From Christensenella sp. UBA1428 (GTDB lineage Bacteria; Bacillota; Clostridia; Christensenellales; UBA1750), in contig DCTY01000061.1 in assembly GCA_002329335.1 (NCBI GenBank), positions 41-64,040 on the forward strand: 64,000 nt of DNA, read 5' to 3'. The notes below the pieces were generated by a model. The model was not told where the DNA came from, did not search any database, and was given only the letters and a program-made list of their open reading frames with translations. The position numbers and the translations under genes were made by a program. The first letter of the stretch is position 1. Each line of letters opens with the position of its first letter. Positions 28,795-37,725 of the stretch are shown piece after piece.

Positions 28795-29249
28795 AGAAAC
28801 GAATCATTGCTACCGCAGCATTCGCCGCCTGTCTGGCCTTGTGTGCCGCTGTGTGGCCGCAGAACGGATCAGTCAGAGCAACACCCGCGCCACCCACACC
28901 GACAGCCGTGGTTGCCGCACAGCCCGAAGTTCCGGAAGCGCCCAAAATCACAGAAAGCATCATACCAGAGGAAGAAAAAACTGAGACAGCGCGTCCAGTG
29001 CCAATCGAGGAAGCACCCTCCACACCGGAGCCTGCATCCGTTTCGGCATCTCCTGTGAAGGAAGCGCCAACCGCTGAACAAGAATGCACAGCGCAACCGA
29101 TACCAGAGCAAGAAGCGGTGGCAACTGACAGCAATCCAGATTTAGTCTATGTCCCAGGCTTTGGATGGCTGGAGAGTCAAGGCCCCAACCACTGTGAATA
29201 CGCCGAAGATATGTACGAAAACGGAAATAAAATCGGAATCATGGGATAA
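28791..29249 (+). CDS. secreted/membrane-anchored hypothetical protein of the mobile element
   Basis: N-terminal signal/anchor (IIATAAFAACLALCAAV), Pro/Glu/Ala-rich linker, conserved-looking tail VPGFGWLESQGPNHCEYAEDMYENGNKIG. Confidence 0.6.
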   Translation: MKKRIIATAAFAACLALCAAVWPQNGSVRATPAPPTPTAVVAAQPEVPEAPKITESIIPEEEKTETARPVPIEEAPSTPEPASVSASPVKEAPTAEQECTAQPIPEQEAVATDSNPDLVYVPGFGWLESQGPNHCEYAEDMYENGNKIGIMG

Positions 29250-29253
29250 GCAG

Positions 29254-29300
29254 CGCAGGGCAGTACGAAAACAAATTCGTACCGCCCTGCGTTTTTCGTT
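29254..29300. terminator. bidirectional terminator between convergent element genes
   Basis: CGCAGGGC(A)GTACGAA ... TTCGTAC(C)GCCCTGCG followed by TTTTTCGTTTT. Confidence 0.7.
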
Positions 29301-29306
29301 TTATGG

Positions 29307-30245
29307 TCATTCATCCTCTGCGGTGGCTTCGTGCAGTATGCCGTAGACCCCCGCCAATGCACGAATGTGCTGTGGAAAGCTGACCCGCAGCTCAGTGTCA
29401 TCCTCCGGCGGCGGTATCGGCCTACGCATCAGACGATAAACAGTCTTCCAAAGCTGGAGCCTGCTGCCCGGATAGGCCTTCTCCAGTTTCTTTAGCGCAC
29501 GATCCTTCGCCTTTTCCACCGCCGATTCCTTCATCATGTGGTACATCCCGATGTCCTTCAGCGGCGTTTGGTGGAAGCCAAAGACACCATAGCACTTGCC
29601 GAGAATGTCCCTGTCCTTCTTCGGAAGGGCGTCAAACAGTTCCCGGAGCAGCTCAATGCAGACCTTCCGGTATACGATCTGCTCCGCCGACACAGAAAGC
29701 TTCCCCGGCATCAGCCGCTCAAAGGGATCGCCGTCGTAGTCCACCGGGACAAGGTCATATACGCCGAGGAAATGGGTGTTGTACCGGATATACCGGCTGA
29801 CCTGCCCTCTGGAGATCTCCATCTTATCAGCGACTTCATCAGCATCCAGCCAGTCTGTGTGGTACAGCTTCTGCGCCTCCCGGACGGAGGCCATCTCATC
29901 CTTGCTCAGCGCCAGATTGCCGATGCTCCGTTCCAGCCAGCGGGTCATCCGCCCTTTTAAGTGTGGGTACAGGTAGGTGGTGAGCATCGCCCGGCTCTCA
30001 TCATATTCTCTGCTTTGGAGTCGGGTCAGAAATTCCAATGCGCCTTCGCCGCAGAGGTCGTCCAGAACGGTTTTGGTATAAGCCGAAAGTTTCTCCGGCC
30101 GGTCCCTGTCCATCCGGATACAGTTGAACTCTCCGGCGGTTTCTTTTGCGATGCTTCGGATCAGGCCGAGGTTCCTGCGGTACAGCTTTTCAAGGGCAGT
30201 CTCGTCCCCGTTGTAGTATAGGCGCACCAGCTCCTCGTTGGTCAT
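29307..30245 (-). CDS. sigma-70-family RNA polymerase sigma factor (element-encoded)
   Basis: Region 2-like N-terminus (LVRLYYNGDETALEKLYRRNLGLIRSIA). Region 4 HTH (LPKKDRDILGKCYG...PLKDIGMYHMMKESAVEKAKDRALKKL). Confidence 0.8.
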   Translation of the reverse strand: MTNEELVRLYYNGDETALEKLYRRNLGLIRSIAKETAGEFNCIRMDRDRPEKLSAYTKTVLDDLCGEGALEFLTRLQSREYDESRAMLTTYLYPHLKGRMTRWLERSIGNLALSKDEMASVREAQKLYHTDWLDADEVADKMEISRGQVSRYIRYNTHFLGVYDLVPVDYDGDPFERLMPGKLSVSAEQIVYRKVCIELLRELFDALPKKDRDILGKCYGVFGFHQTPLKDIGMYHMMKESAVEKAKDRALKKLEKAYPGSRLQLWKTVYRLMRRPIPPPEDDTELRVSFPQHIRALAGVYGILHEATAEDE

Positions 30246-31549
30246 GGAGCCTCACCCGCCTTAGACTTCGGAGGTCGACCCTTGGGTTTTGCCGTTCTGG
30301 TGATACCGCAGTACTCGTAAACCCGTTCGGTGGATATCTGCTCCGTATACTTTTGCACGGAAATATCGGGATCACGCAGGGCGTCATAGAGCAGATCCCG
30401 CACATGGTCCTTGGCCTTCCGGGCATCTTCCTGTGAGATCGCCCCTCTTTGCATATCCTTTGTGATCCGGGAGAAGGCGGTCACCTTGGCTTTCACCTTT
30501 GGAATATCTTTCGCCAGCTCCTTCTGTACTTCCACGGTTCCAAACTGACGGCAGGTATAGGTGGGCGCATGGGGACAGGTTCCTTCACAGTACAGGGCGT
30601 GGACGCCGCTCTTCAGCATGAAGTATTTTCCGCAGATGATGCAGCAGCGGATCTGAAATCCGCTGTTCAGCGCCAGCATATAATCCGCCTTCATCAGCGC
30701 CTGCAGGCTGTCCGTCACATGCTCCTGGCAGATGGCGGCGGAGCCGTCCGGCAGTTCCCGCGGCACATAAGACAGCATGTGTTGGTCATGGGTCTTATAA
30801 CAATCTCCGTGATACCGGATCGGATTCACAATAAGCTTTTCCGCAATGCGACGGTCATAGTAAAAACCATGGAGCGCGGCCGCATAGGTCTCCGGACTGT
30901 TGACCTTCAGCTTGGACAGGCTGAACTTGATGAAGTTGCGGATGGTGGGAACAAAGGCCCGAATATCATGGAGGTAGCCCTGGTAACGTTCAATGGTTTT
31001 CTGATACAGTCTCCATGTGTCATCGTTGGCGCCCACAGCCTGCAGCATCCGGTAGTATGTGTCCTCGTCTCCGCAGTCCGGATCAAACAGATCCAGATAC
31101 TTCGATCCTTCCTCTTCCTGCTCTTTGCGCTGAAGGAGGCCGTCAAAAAAGTGCTGTAATCTCTGGATCGTAGTCTCAGACGATGGCTGAGACTCATCTG
31201 ACGGAAACAAACTGTGCTGCTCTGTTACCTCACGCACCACAGAGAAATACCTGTCCTCGTGTTCATCCAGAAGAAGTTGGAACACCTGATAAGAGCGCAG
31301 GTCTTGGCAGAGGGTAACCATCTCCTCGTTCAGTTCCCACCAGACAGATCGCTGTTTTCCTCTGGCATAGGATCGCTCCAACTCCGTGACGCGCTTCATC
31401 CGCTCATGCATGGGGTGGTAGTCATCGGGTGAGAGGTTCAGCAGATCCTTCGTCAGCGTTCCCGCGTCAAACTGTCTGCCGTTCAATTCGAGGGTGCTGC
31501 CGTATGTATAAAATGTGATGTTGCCTTCCATGAGCGCCCTCCTGTCCAT
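30242..31549 (-). CDS. Zn-ribbon-containing protein (DUF6076-like), coupled to the sigma factor gene
   Basis: 435 aa. CCIICGKYF...YCEGTCPHAPTYTCRQFG Cys cluster. Its stop overlaps the sigma start (ATGA). The family name is recalled, not verified. Confidence 0.6.
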   Translation of the reverse strand: MDRRALMEGNITFYTYGSTLELNGRQFDAGTLTKDLLNLSPDDYHPMHERMKRVTELERSYARGKQRSVWWELNEEMVTLCQDLRSYQVFQLLLDEHEDRYFSVVREVTEQHSLFPSDESQPSSETTIQRLQHFFDGLLQRKEQEEEGSKYLDLFDPDCGDEDTYYRMLQAVGANDDTWRLYQKTIERYQGYLHDIRAFVPTIRNFIKFSLSKLKVNSPETYAAALHGFYYDRRIAEKLIVNPIRYHGDCYKTHDQHMLSYVPRELPDGSAAICQEHVTDSLQALMKADYMLALNSGFQIRCCIICGKYFMLKSGVHALYCEGTCPHAPTYTCRQFGTVEVQKELAKDIPKVKAKVTAFSRITKDMQRGAISQEDARKAKDHVRDLLYDALRDPDISVQKYTEQISTERVYEYCGITRTAKPKGRPPKSKAGEAP

Positions 31550-31721
31550 AATTTGTCCTACCTGACTTTTAATTCGTCCATGCTTTTTATCAGAATATCA
31601 TGTTTTCCTCCACAATACAAGCAGAGGGGTGAAAGCCACGCGCCGTCCCGCGGCTCTGCCACTCTGCATTATGGATACTGCTCCCACTTTTATGGGGGCA
31701 ACTTTTTTAAGGAGGAACAGA

Positions 31722-33477
31722 ATGACCCAACGAAACAAACCCTTATACGCACCGAACTACAAGGTCATAGGCAACTGCCTGTACGAGATCAAAAACAGCA
31801 AGCAGGGTCCCTATGACAAAAAGCTGTGCAACTTCACGCCGTGGCTGGTGAGTGAGATCACCGTGGATGACGGTGTGGAGACCACCAGCCGCATCCGGCT
31901 CAGCGGCATCCACGAAAGCGGACGTACGCTTCCGGAGATCGAGATCTCCACGGATGAGCTGGGCAGCTTCAACTGGCTGTACAAACACTGGGGCATCGAC
32001 TGCATTCTGGAACCGGGTGTGGCCATCCGGGACAGCATCCGCTATGCCATCCAGACCACCGCTCCCCAGGCGGAGCGGCAGACCGCATATACGGTGACAG
32101 GCTGGAAAAAGATTGGCGGGCAGTGGCAGTTCCTGATGCCGGGCGATGATACCCGAACCGTCACTCTGCCCGGCAAGATGCAGGGCTACACCATGGAGCG
32201 GCGATGCGAAGCCAGCGACGCGGTGATCGCCGCATCGCTGCTGCGCTCCGAACTCGTCCCGCCGGAGCTCCTCTACCCTCTGATGGCGTTCACATTTCTA
32301 TCTCCTCTGAATTCTTTTCTGAAGCGGGCGGGATTGTGAACCCAAATTCTTCCTCATGCTGATCGGCAAGACCGGAAGCCGGAAGAGCACACTGGCAGCT
32401 CTGTTCCTGTCCTTCTTCGGAAGGTTCACGGGAGCGGAGCTGCCTTTGTCATTCCGGGATACCGCCAACAGCATCCTTCACCACGCGTTCTCTCTGAAGG
32501 ATGTGCTCACCTGCATCGATGACTTCCACCCGGCCGGACGGCAGGAGGAAGCGCGGTTGACGGCCACGGCCCAGAGCGTCATGCGCGCCTATGGTGACCG
32601 GACCGGCAAAGGGCGCCTGCGGGCGGACGCCTCTCCGCTGGAAGCCCGACCGCCCCAAGGCAACGCTATCGTCACGGCGGAGTTCCCGCCGGACATCGGT
32701 GAGAGCGGCACCGCCAGATACTTCGCACTGGAGCTGCGTGAGAACGATGTTGATCTGGAAGCCCTGTCCTTCTTTCAGCGGGAAGCGGTGAACAGAAGTC
32801 TACAGCGGTGTATGTACGGATTTCTGGAATGGCTTCGGGCGTGCTGTCTGCGGGACGCTGAAACGGAAGCACGGTTCATCTCCTCTCTGCGTTCCCGCTT
32901 CGAAGGAGAGCGTACCGCCTTCCAGAAGTCCGGCATCCTCTGTCATGGCCGTCTGCCAGAAACCGTGTCCTGGCTGATGCTGGGGATGGAACTGCTGCTG
33001 GCCTTCCTGAAAGCGAAGCAGATGGTCACAGATGAGGAAAAGGTTGAGATTGAAAACAAGTTCCGGCTGCTCCTGTACCGTCTGGCCGCCCGTCAGGCCG
33101 AGAACATCACCCAGGACAAGCCCACTCACAAGTTCATCCGAAAGCTGTACGCACTGCTGGAGAGCGGTCAGGCTTGTGTACTGAACAAAAATCAGCCGCA
33201 TGATTACACGCCCCAGAACTGCATCGGCTATGAAGATGAAACCTTTTTCTATCTCCACGCTGACATCGCCCACAAGGCGGTTCGGAAACTGTGTGACGAG
33301 CAGGGTGAAGCATTCACCATCACCGCTAAAAGTCTTCTGAAAGCACTGGCGGAGGAGCGGCTCATTGAAACAGCTTCCGGACAGAACACAAAGTCCGTTC
33401 GCATCGGCGGCAGGAGCAAGCGGGTGCTCTGCCTGAGCAAAGCGTTGGCACAGAGGATCGCAGACGCCCCTATGTGA
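31722..33477 (+). pseudogene. DUF927-like P-loop NTPase (mobile-element replication/helicase protein), split by a 1-nt frameshift near 32330-32339
   Basis: Frame 1 ends ...NSFLKRAGL* at 32339. The adjacent frame is open from 32323 and reads ...CEPKFFLMLIGKTGSRKST (Walker A). The junction lies in GCGGGCGGGATTG. Confidence 0.65.
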
Positions 33478-33479
33478 AA

Positions 33480-33936
33480 AACATGTGTGGCAAGCGTGAC
33501 GGAAGCACCGGAACTTATGAGAAACCCTTGTGCGGTGGGACTTTTCATGTTGCAGGCTGTAGCTGCTCTGTCTCTGTACTGTGTCTGCTATGCAACTGAA
33601 CGCGGCGCTGAAAACCGTTGGTACACCTGCGATTGCGGCTCTGTATCTGAAATCACGCCTGCGGAACAGGACATGGGGCTTCCGAGCGTTCTACCGCCTG
33701 TTCCTGCCTGTGGGCCGGTTTGTGCGCTTTTTCCGGCGAGGTGGAGTAAACACCCGCAACGGTACAAAAGCCCGTTTGTGGCCCGTTTTGCGGAGGGTCA
33801 CGGCAGAGGGAAAATCACCTCTTTAGAGGTGGCCAGCATCGCGTTTGTCTGGTCGTCGGCACAGCCGCCGCCCGCCTTCCGCATAATTTCCGGGTAGTTG
33901 CCCGGACCCACTTTATTTACGACTTGGAGGATCTAA
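33480..33936 (+). promoter_or_regulatory. candidate oriT / mob promoter region
   Basis: ~460-bp gap with no convincing ORF, immediately upstream of mobC-relaxase. Inverted repeats GGAACAGG (33663-33670) / CCTGTTCC (33697-33704) and CACCTC/GAGGTG near 33815-33835. Confidence 0.3.
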
Positions 33937-34248
33937 ATGAAAAAAGATATTAAATTCAGCACCCGGATGGCCTCCGCTGACCGAGAGGCCATCAAGGAAT
34001 TGGCGAAGCGCTCCGGAATGTCCATGAGCGACTATGTGACAGCGTGCTGTTTGGGTAAGCAGGTCGTCATCATTGACGGACTGAAGGAAGTGCTGAAGGA
34101 GCTGAAGTCCATCGGCAAAAATCTGAATCAGCTTGTCACCCTGGCGCACATGGGGCGGATCACCGTTGTTGATCTGGACAGCGTGCGTCAGGTGTTCTCT
34201 GAACTGCGTGACGCGGTTCGAATGATCCTGGAACGAAAGCGGTGGTGA
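33937..34248 (+). CDS. mobC: MobC-family relaxosome accessory protein
   Basis: 103 aa. RHH-like STRMASADREAIKELAKRSGMSMSDYV and KSIGKNLNQLV motif. Confidence 0.85.
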   Translation: MKKDIKFSTRMASADREAIKELAKRSGMSMSDYVTACCLGKQVVIIDGLKEVLKELKSIGKNLNQLVTLAHMGRITVVDLDSVRQVFSELRDAVRMILERKRW

Positions 34249-34253
34249 ACGCA

Positions 34254-35612
34254 ATGGCTATCGTGTCATTCACCAATTACAAACGAGGCCAGAGCAGCGG
34301 GTGCATGGGCGCCGTGATGCGCTACACCATGCAGGACAAGAAAACACTGTTCGAGGGTCAGCGGCTCATCACAGGGATCAACTGCCAGCCGGAAAGTGTC
34401 TACTCCGAGTTCATGATGACCAAGCGGCTCTACCACAAAACCGACGGCGTGATGTTCTACCACATGGTGCAGAGCTTCCCAAAAGGCGAAGCAGTCGACC
34501 CGGTCACCGCTCACGCCGCCGCACTGAAGCTGGCGGAGTATTACGAGGGCTATGAAGTTCTGGTCTGCACCCATATTGACCGTGAGCATATACACTCGCA
34601 TTTTCTCATCAACTCTGTCAATTTTGATACAGGCCGAAAGCTGCACATTGCCAAGGAGCAACTTCAGGAACTGCGGCAGCGCAACGATCAGGTGTGCATG
34701 GATTTTTCTCTTCCTGTGTTCAAGCCAAAAGAGAGAACGCAGAAAACGAAAACCATGACCATTGGCGAGTATCACACGGCGGCCCGTGGTCAGAGCAAGA
34801 AGCTGCAGCTCATGAATATCATCAACGACTGTATGCGCCACGCCTCCAGCCGGAATGAGTTCATCGCCCTGATGGAGAGCGAGGGCTTCAAAGTTCGCTG
34901 GGAGAAGTCCCGGAAGAACATCACCTACACCACACCCAGCGGCTGGCAGTGTCGTGACCGCCTGCTGTTCGGTGACAAATATCTGAAGGAGAATATGGAA
35001 TATGAATTCAGGATCAGAGAAGAAATTATCCATGGGCGAGCTCATGGCGCTGAACCGGCCCGTTCAGACAGCGCAGCCGACGCCACCGCCGACAGTGCGG
35101 GAGCCGACGCCGCCTCCCGAGGTACATCCCACGAAAGAGGAATGGGAAGAGATGATGGAGTATCTGGATTCTCTGAACTATCTGACATCGGTGCAGATCA
35201 CGGAGCTGAAGAAAATCAGCGAGTCGCTGGCGCAGCTCCCGACACGGGCGCAGATGGACGAGCTGCTGAAAGTGGTGAAGCGTCTGGAGCAGATGGCAGA
35301 ACAGGCTGGGAAGCCGAAAGAGAAGCGTTTTTCTCTGCCCAGCATCAGACTGCCCAGACTGCATCTTCCGGAATGGGACTGGCCGACAGCGATAACCATT
35401 CTGATGTCGCTGGCAGTGTTGTTTCTGATGTGGTGGGTCTGGGCCGGAAACTGGAACAGTCTCAGTCTGCTGGGCCTGTGATGGACAGTACCACCATGCG
35501 TCATCACGCAGACAGCAAAACTTTGCGCAAAGAAAAGGAAAAGAAAATCGCCCTGGGTCACGCCCGGGACGACCACGAAGATGAACAGCAAATCTGGCAG
35601 CAGACCATGTGA
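34254..35612 (+). CDS. MobA/VirD2-family relaxase (C-terminal ~190 codons of doubtful coding status)
   Basis: Relaxase domain with FYHMVQSF and HIDREHIHSHFLINSV His-cluster. The frame stays open to 35612, but the codon signature is lost between ~35030 and 35481 (see findings). Confidence 0.8.
   Translation: MAIVSFTNYKRGQSSGCMGAVMRYTMQDKKTLFEGQRLITGINCQPESVYSEFMMTKRLYHKTDGVMFYHMVQSFPKGEAVDPVTAHAAALKLAEYYEGYEVLVCTHIDREHIHSHFLINSVNFDTGRKLHIAKEQLQELRQRNDQVCMDFSLPVFKPKERTQKTKTMTIGEYHTAARGQSKKLQLMNIINDCMRHASSRNEFIALMESEGFKVRWEKSRKNITYTTPSGWQCRDRLLFGDKYLKENMEYEFRIREEIIHGRAHGAEPARSDSAADATADSAGADAASRGTSHERGMGRDDGVSGFSELSDIGADHGAEENQRVAGAAPDTGADGRAAESGEASGADGRTGWEAEREAFFSAQHQTAQTASSGMGLADSDNHSDVAGSVVSDVVGLGRKLEQSQSAGPVMDSTTMRHHADSKTLRKEKEKKIALGHARDDHEDEQQIWQQTM
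35002..35481 (+). CDS. nested +1-frame ORF: Pro-rich / coiled-coil / C-terminal TM-helix protein
   Basis: AAGGAG (34986-34991) 10 nt before ATG 35002. G/C-rich third positions. TM helix WPTAITILMSLAVLFLMWWVWAG. TGATG junction at 35479-35483. Confidence 0.45.
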   Translation: MNSGSEKKLSMGELMALNRPVQTAQPTPPPTVREPTPPPEVHPTKEEWEEMMEYLDSLNYLTSVQITELKKISESLAQLPTRAQMDELLKVVKRLEQMAEQAGKPKEKRFSLPSIRLPRLHLPEWDWPTAITILMSLAVLFLMWWVWAGNWNSLSLLGL

Positions 35613-35661
35613 CGGTCTGCTATTTTTATTGCCTGAATTGCTTTTGGGAGAAAGGAGTTCA

Positions 35662-35940
35662 ATGAAAAGCGAATACGAAATTTATAGAGAGACTGGTATC
35701 ATCGGCGGCTATATCCCGGAGCGAGTGATCGGCTTCCAGGAGGAAGATAAGATCACGCCCATCTACCGTGACACCTCGTACCACGAAGCAGAAAGCGGAA
35801 TGGAACTTCGCCGCGAGATGATCGTGGGGGAGCGAAAGTTTATCATCCGTTCTATCTTCCCTAATGCGGAGAAAGCGAAAACGCCCACGGAGCAGATGCT
35901 CCAGATCATCGACAGCGATTTGGAAAAAGGTTCGATTTAA
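35662..35940 (+). CDS. TnpW-like small transposon protein
   Basis: 92 aa from ATG 35662 (SD AAAGGAG). GERKFIIRSIFPNAEKAKTPTEQMLQIID resembles the TnpW family pattern. Sits directly upstream of the recombinase, as in Tn4451-type elements. Confidence 0.5.
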   Translation: MKSEYEIYRETGIIGGYIPERVIGFQEEDKITPIYRDTSYHEAESGMELRREMIVGERKFIIRSIFPNAEKAKTPTEQMLQIIDSDLEKGSI

Positions 35941-36009
35941 AGATAGACTTTGGGCGGGAGATACGGTATGTTTGTTGTTACCGTATCGGCTTGCCCGGAA
36001 AGGAGTAAC

Positions 36010-37689
36010 ATGGCAAGCAACGAAAAATACACCATCCTCTATGGCCGACTGAGTCAGGAGGATAGCCAGAAAGCAAACAAGGCGGATGATTCCAACAGCA
36101 TCCAGAATCAAAAGCTTCTGTTGGAGAGGTACGCTACTGAGAAAGGCTTCACGAACACGCTCTTCCTGTATGACGACGGTTATTCCGGGACCAACTTCAA
36201 CCGCCCCGGCTGGCAGCAGGTCATGGAACTGATAGAGAGCGGTCAGGTGGAAACGCTCATCGTCAAGGACATGTCCCGCCTGGGCCGAGAGTACCTGCAG
36301 GTGGGGCAGTACACCGAACTCATCTTCCCCAGCTACGGTGTGCGGTTTATCGCCGTCAACGATGGTGTGGACAGCCTGTACGAGTCCACCAACGACTTCA
36401 CCCCCTTCCGGAATATCATGAACGAGTTCTATGCCAAGGACTGCAGCAAGAAGGGCCGCTCTGTGGTCCGGCTCAAGGCAGAGACAGGCGCCAGAGTTTC
36501 CTCCCGTCCCCGCTACGGATATATGAAAGACCCGGCAGATCCCAAGCGGCACATGGTGCCAGACCCCGAGACCGCTCCAGTGGTGCGGTATATCTTTGAC
36601 CTCTGTGTTTCCGGAAAGGGGCCTTCCCAGATTGCAAAACAGCTCAAGAAAGATAAAATCCCCACACCCGGCTATTTCTACTATCAGAAGTACGGGGTGG
36701 AGCTGACCGGAGTGGATATCACACAGCCGTACAACTGGTCGACCAACACGGTGGCTGGTATTCTGGAGGATGAAACCTATCTGGGGCACACCATCAATCT
36801 GAAGTCCACCACGGTGTCCTTCAAGAACAAGAAGCGCATCGACCGTCCGGAATCTGAGCAGCTCCGATTCGAGAACACTCACGAAGCGCTGGTCACACAA
36901 CAGACCTGGGAGATCGTACAGGACATCCGTAAGCATAAGCGGCGCAGAGCGAATATGGCAGAACAGAATATCTTCTCTGGACTGGTCTACTGCATGGACT
37001 GCGGCGGTACGATGGTACTGCATAGGGCGCACACCATGGATGCGGTAAAGAACAATTTTATGTGTTCCACCTACAAGAAGAAAGGCAAGGATGTCTGCTC
37101 TGGCCACTACATCCGGGAACAGGAACTCAACGCCATTCTTCTGGATGACATTCGCCGCGTCACACACTTCGCCCGTCAGAATGAGCTGCGCTTTGCGGAG
37201 CACATCCGCAAGAAGCAGGGCAAGGAAGCCCAGCAGGAGATCACGATGCTCCAGAAGAAAATCGACACCATGCAGAGGCGGCAGGCCGAACTGACAAAGC
37301 TGTTCAAGCGGCTCTACGAGGACAGCGTCCTTGGCCGTATCCCGGACGAGCAGTACCGCATTCTCTCTCAGGAGTACACCACGGAGCAGAGGGAAATTCA
37401 GGAACAGCTTCCTGTCATGGAATCTCGGCTTCAGGAACTGAAGGACTCCAGCTCCAACATCGCCCGGTTCATTGAGAACGCAAAGAAGTACAGCGAGATC
37501 CCGGAGCTGACCTCTGAGATCCTGCGCATCTTCATCAAGCGGGTGGAAGTCGGAGAGCGTGCGGAAAAATATTCCCGCACAGCACCGCAGGAGGTACGCA
37601 TTTATTACCGCGACATCGGTCTGGTGGACGAGTTACCTCAGAGCGTGGCTGAAGCTGTGACAGACGAAAAGTCTGACGAAGTCGCATAA
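36010..37689 (+). CDS. large serine recombinase (TnpX/TndX-like)
   Basis: Start ATG 36010 (SD AAAGGAG). Resolvase catalytic domain YGRLSQED...VKDMSRLGR, recombinase domain, Zn ribbon CMDCGG...C...C, C-terminal coiled coil. Confidence 0.9.
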   Translation: MASNEKYTILYGRLSQEDSQKANKADDSNSIQNQKLLLERYATEKGFTNTLFLYDDGYSGTNFNRPGWQQVMELIESGQVETLIVKDMSRLGREYLQVGQYTELIFPSYGVRFIAVNDGVDSLYESTNDFTPFRNIMNEFYAKDCSKKGRSVVRLKAETGARVSSRPRYGYMKDPADPKRHMVPDPETAPVVRYIFDLCVSGKGPSQIAKQLKKDKIPTPGYFYYQKYGVELTGVDITQPYNWSTNTVAGILEDETYLGHTINLKSTTVSFKNKKRIDRPESEQLRFENTHEALVTQQTWEIVQDIRKHKRRRANMAEQNIFSGLVYCMDCGGTMVLHRAHTMDAVKNNFMCSTYKKKGKDVCSGHYIREQELNAILLDDIRRVTHFARQNELRFAEHIRKKQGKEAQQEITMLQKKIDTMQRRQAELTKLFKRLYEDSVLGRIPDEQYRILSQEYTTEQREIQEQLPVMESRLQELKDSSSNIARFIENAKKYSEIPELTSEILRIFIKRVEVGERAEKYSRTAPQEVRIYYRDIGLVDELPQSVAEAVTDEKSDEVA

Positions 37690-37699
37690 ACAGGAAAAA

Positions 37700-37725
37700 G
37701 GAGGCTGTGCCGGAACACAGCCTCC
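37700..37725 (+). terminator. 10-bp GC-rich hairpin after the recombinase gene (no T-tract)
   Basis: GGAGGCTGTG / CACAGCCTCC with a 6-nt loop. Could be a terminator or part of the element end. Confidence 0.35.

Noticed and set aside
33487-33897. 136-aa and 81-aa plus-strand ORFs in the mobC upstream region.
   Set aside because: Highly basic and low-complexity, with no SD. The region is better explained as oriT/promoter DNA.
35659-37203. 514-aa minus-strand ORF.
   Set aside because: Antisense to the large serine recombinase gene, whose catalytic and Zn-ribbon motifs are unambiguous.
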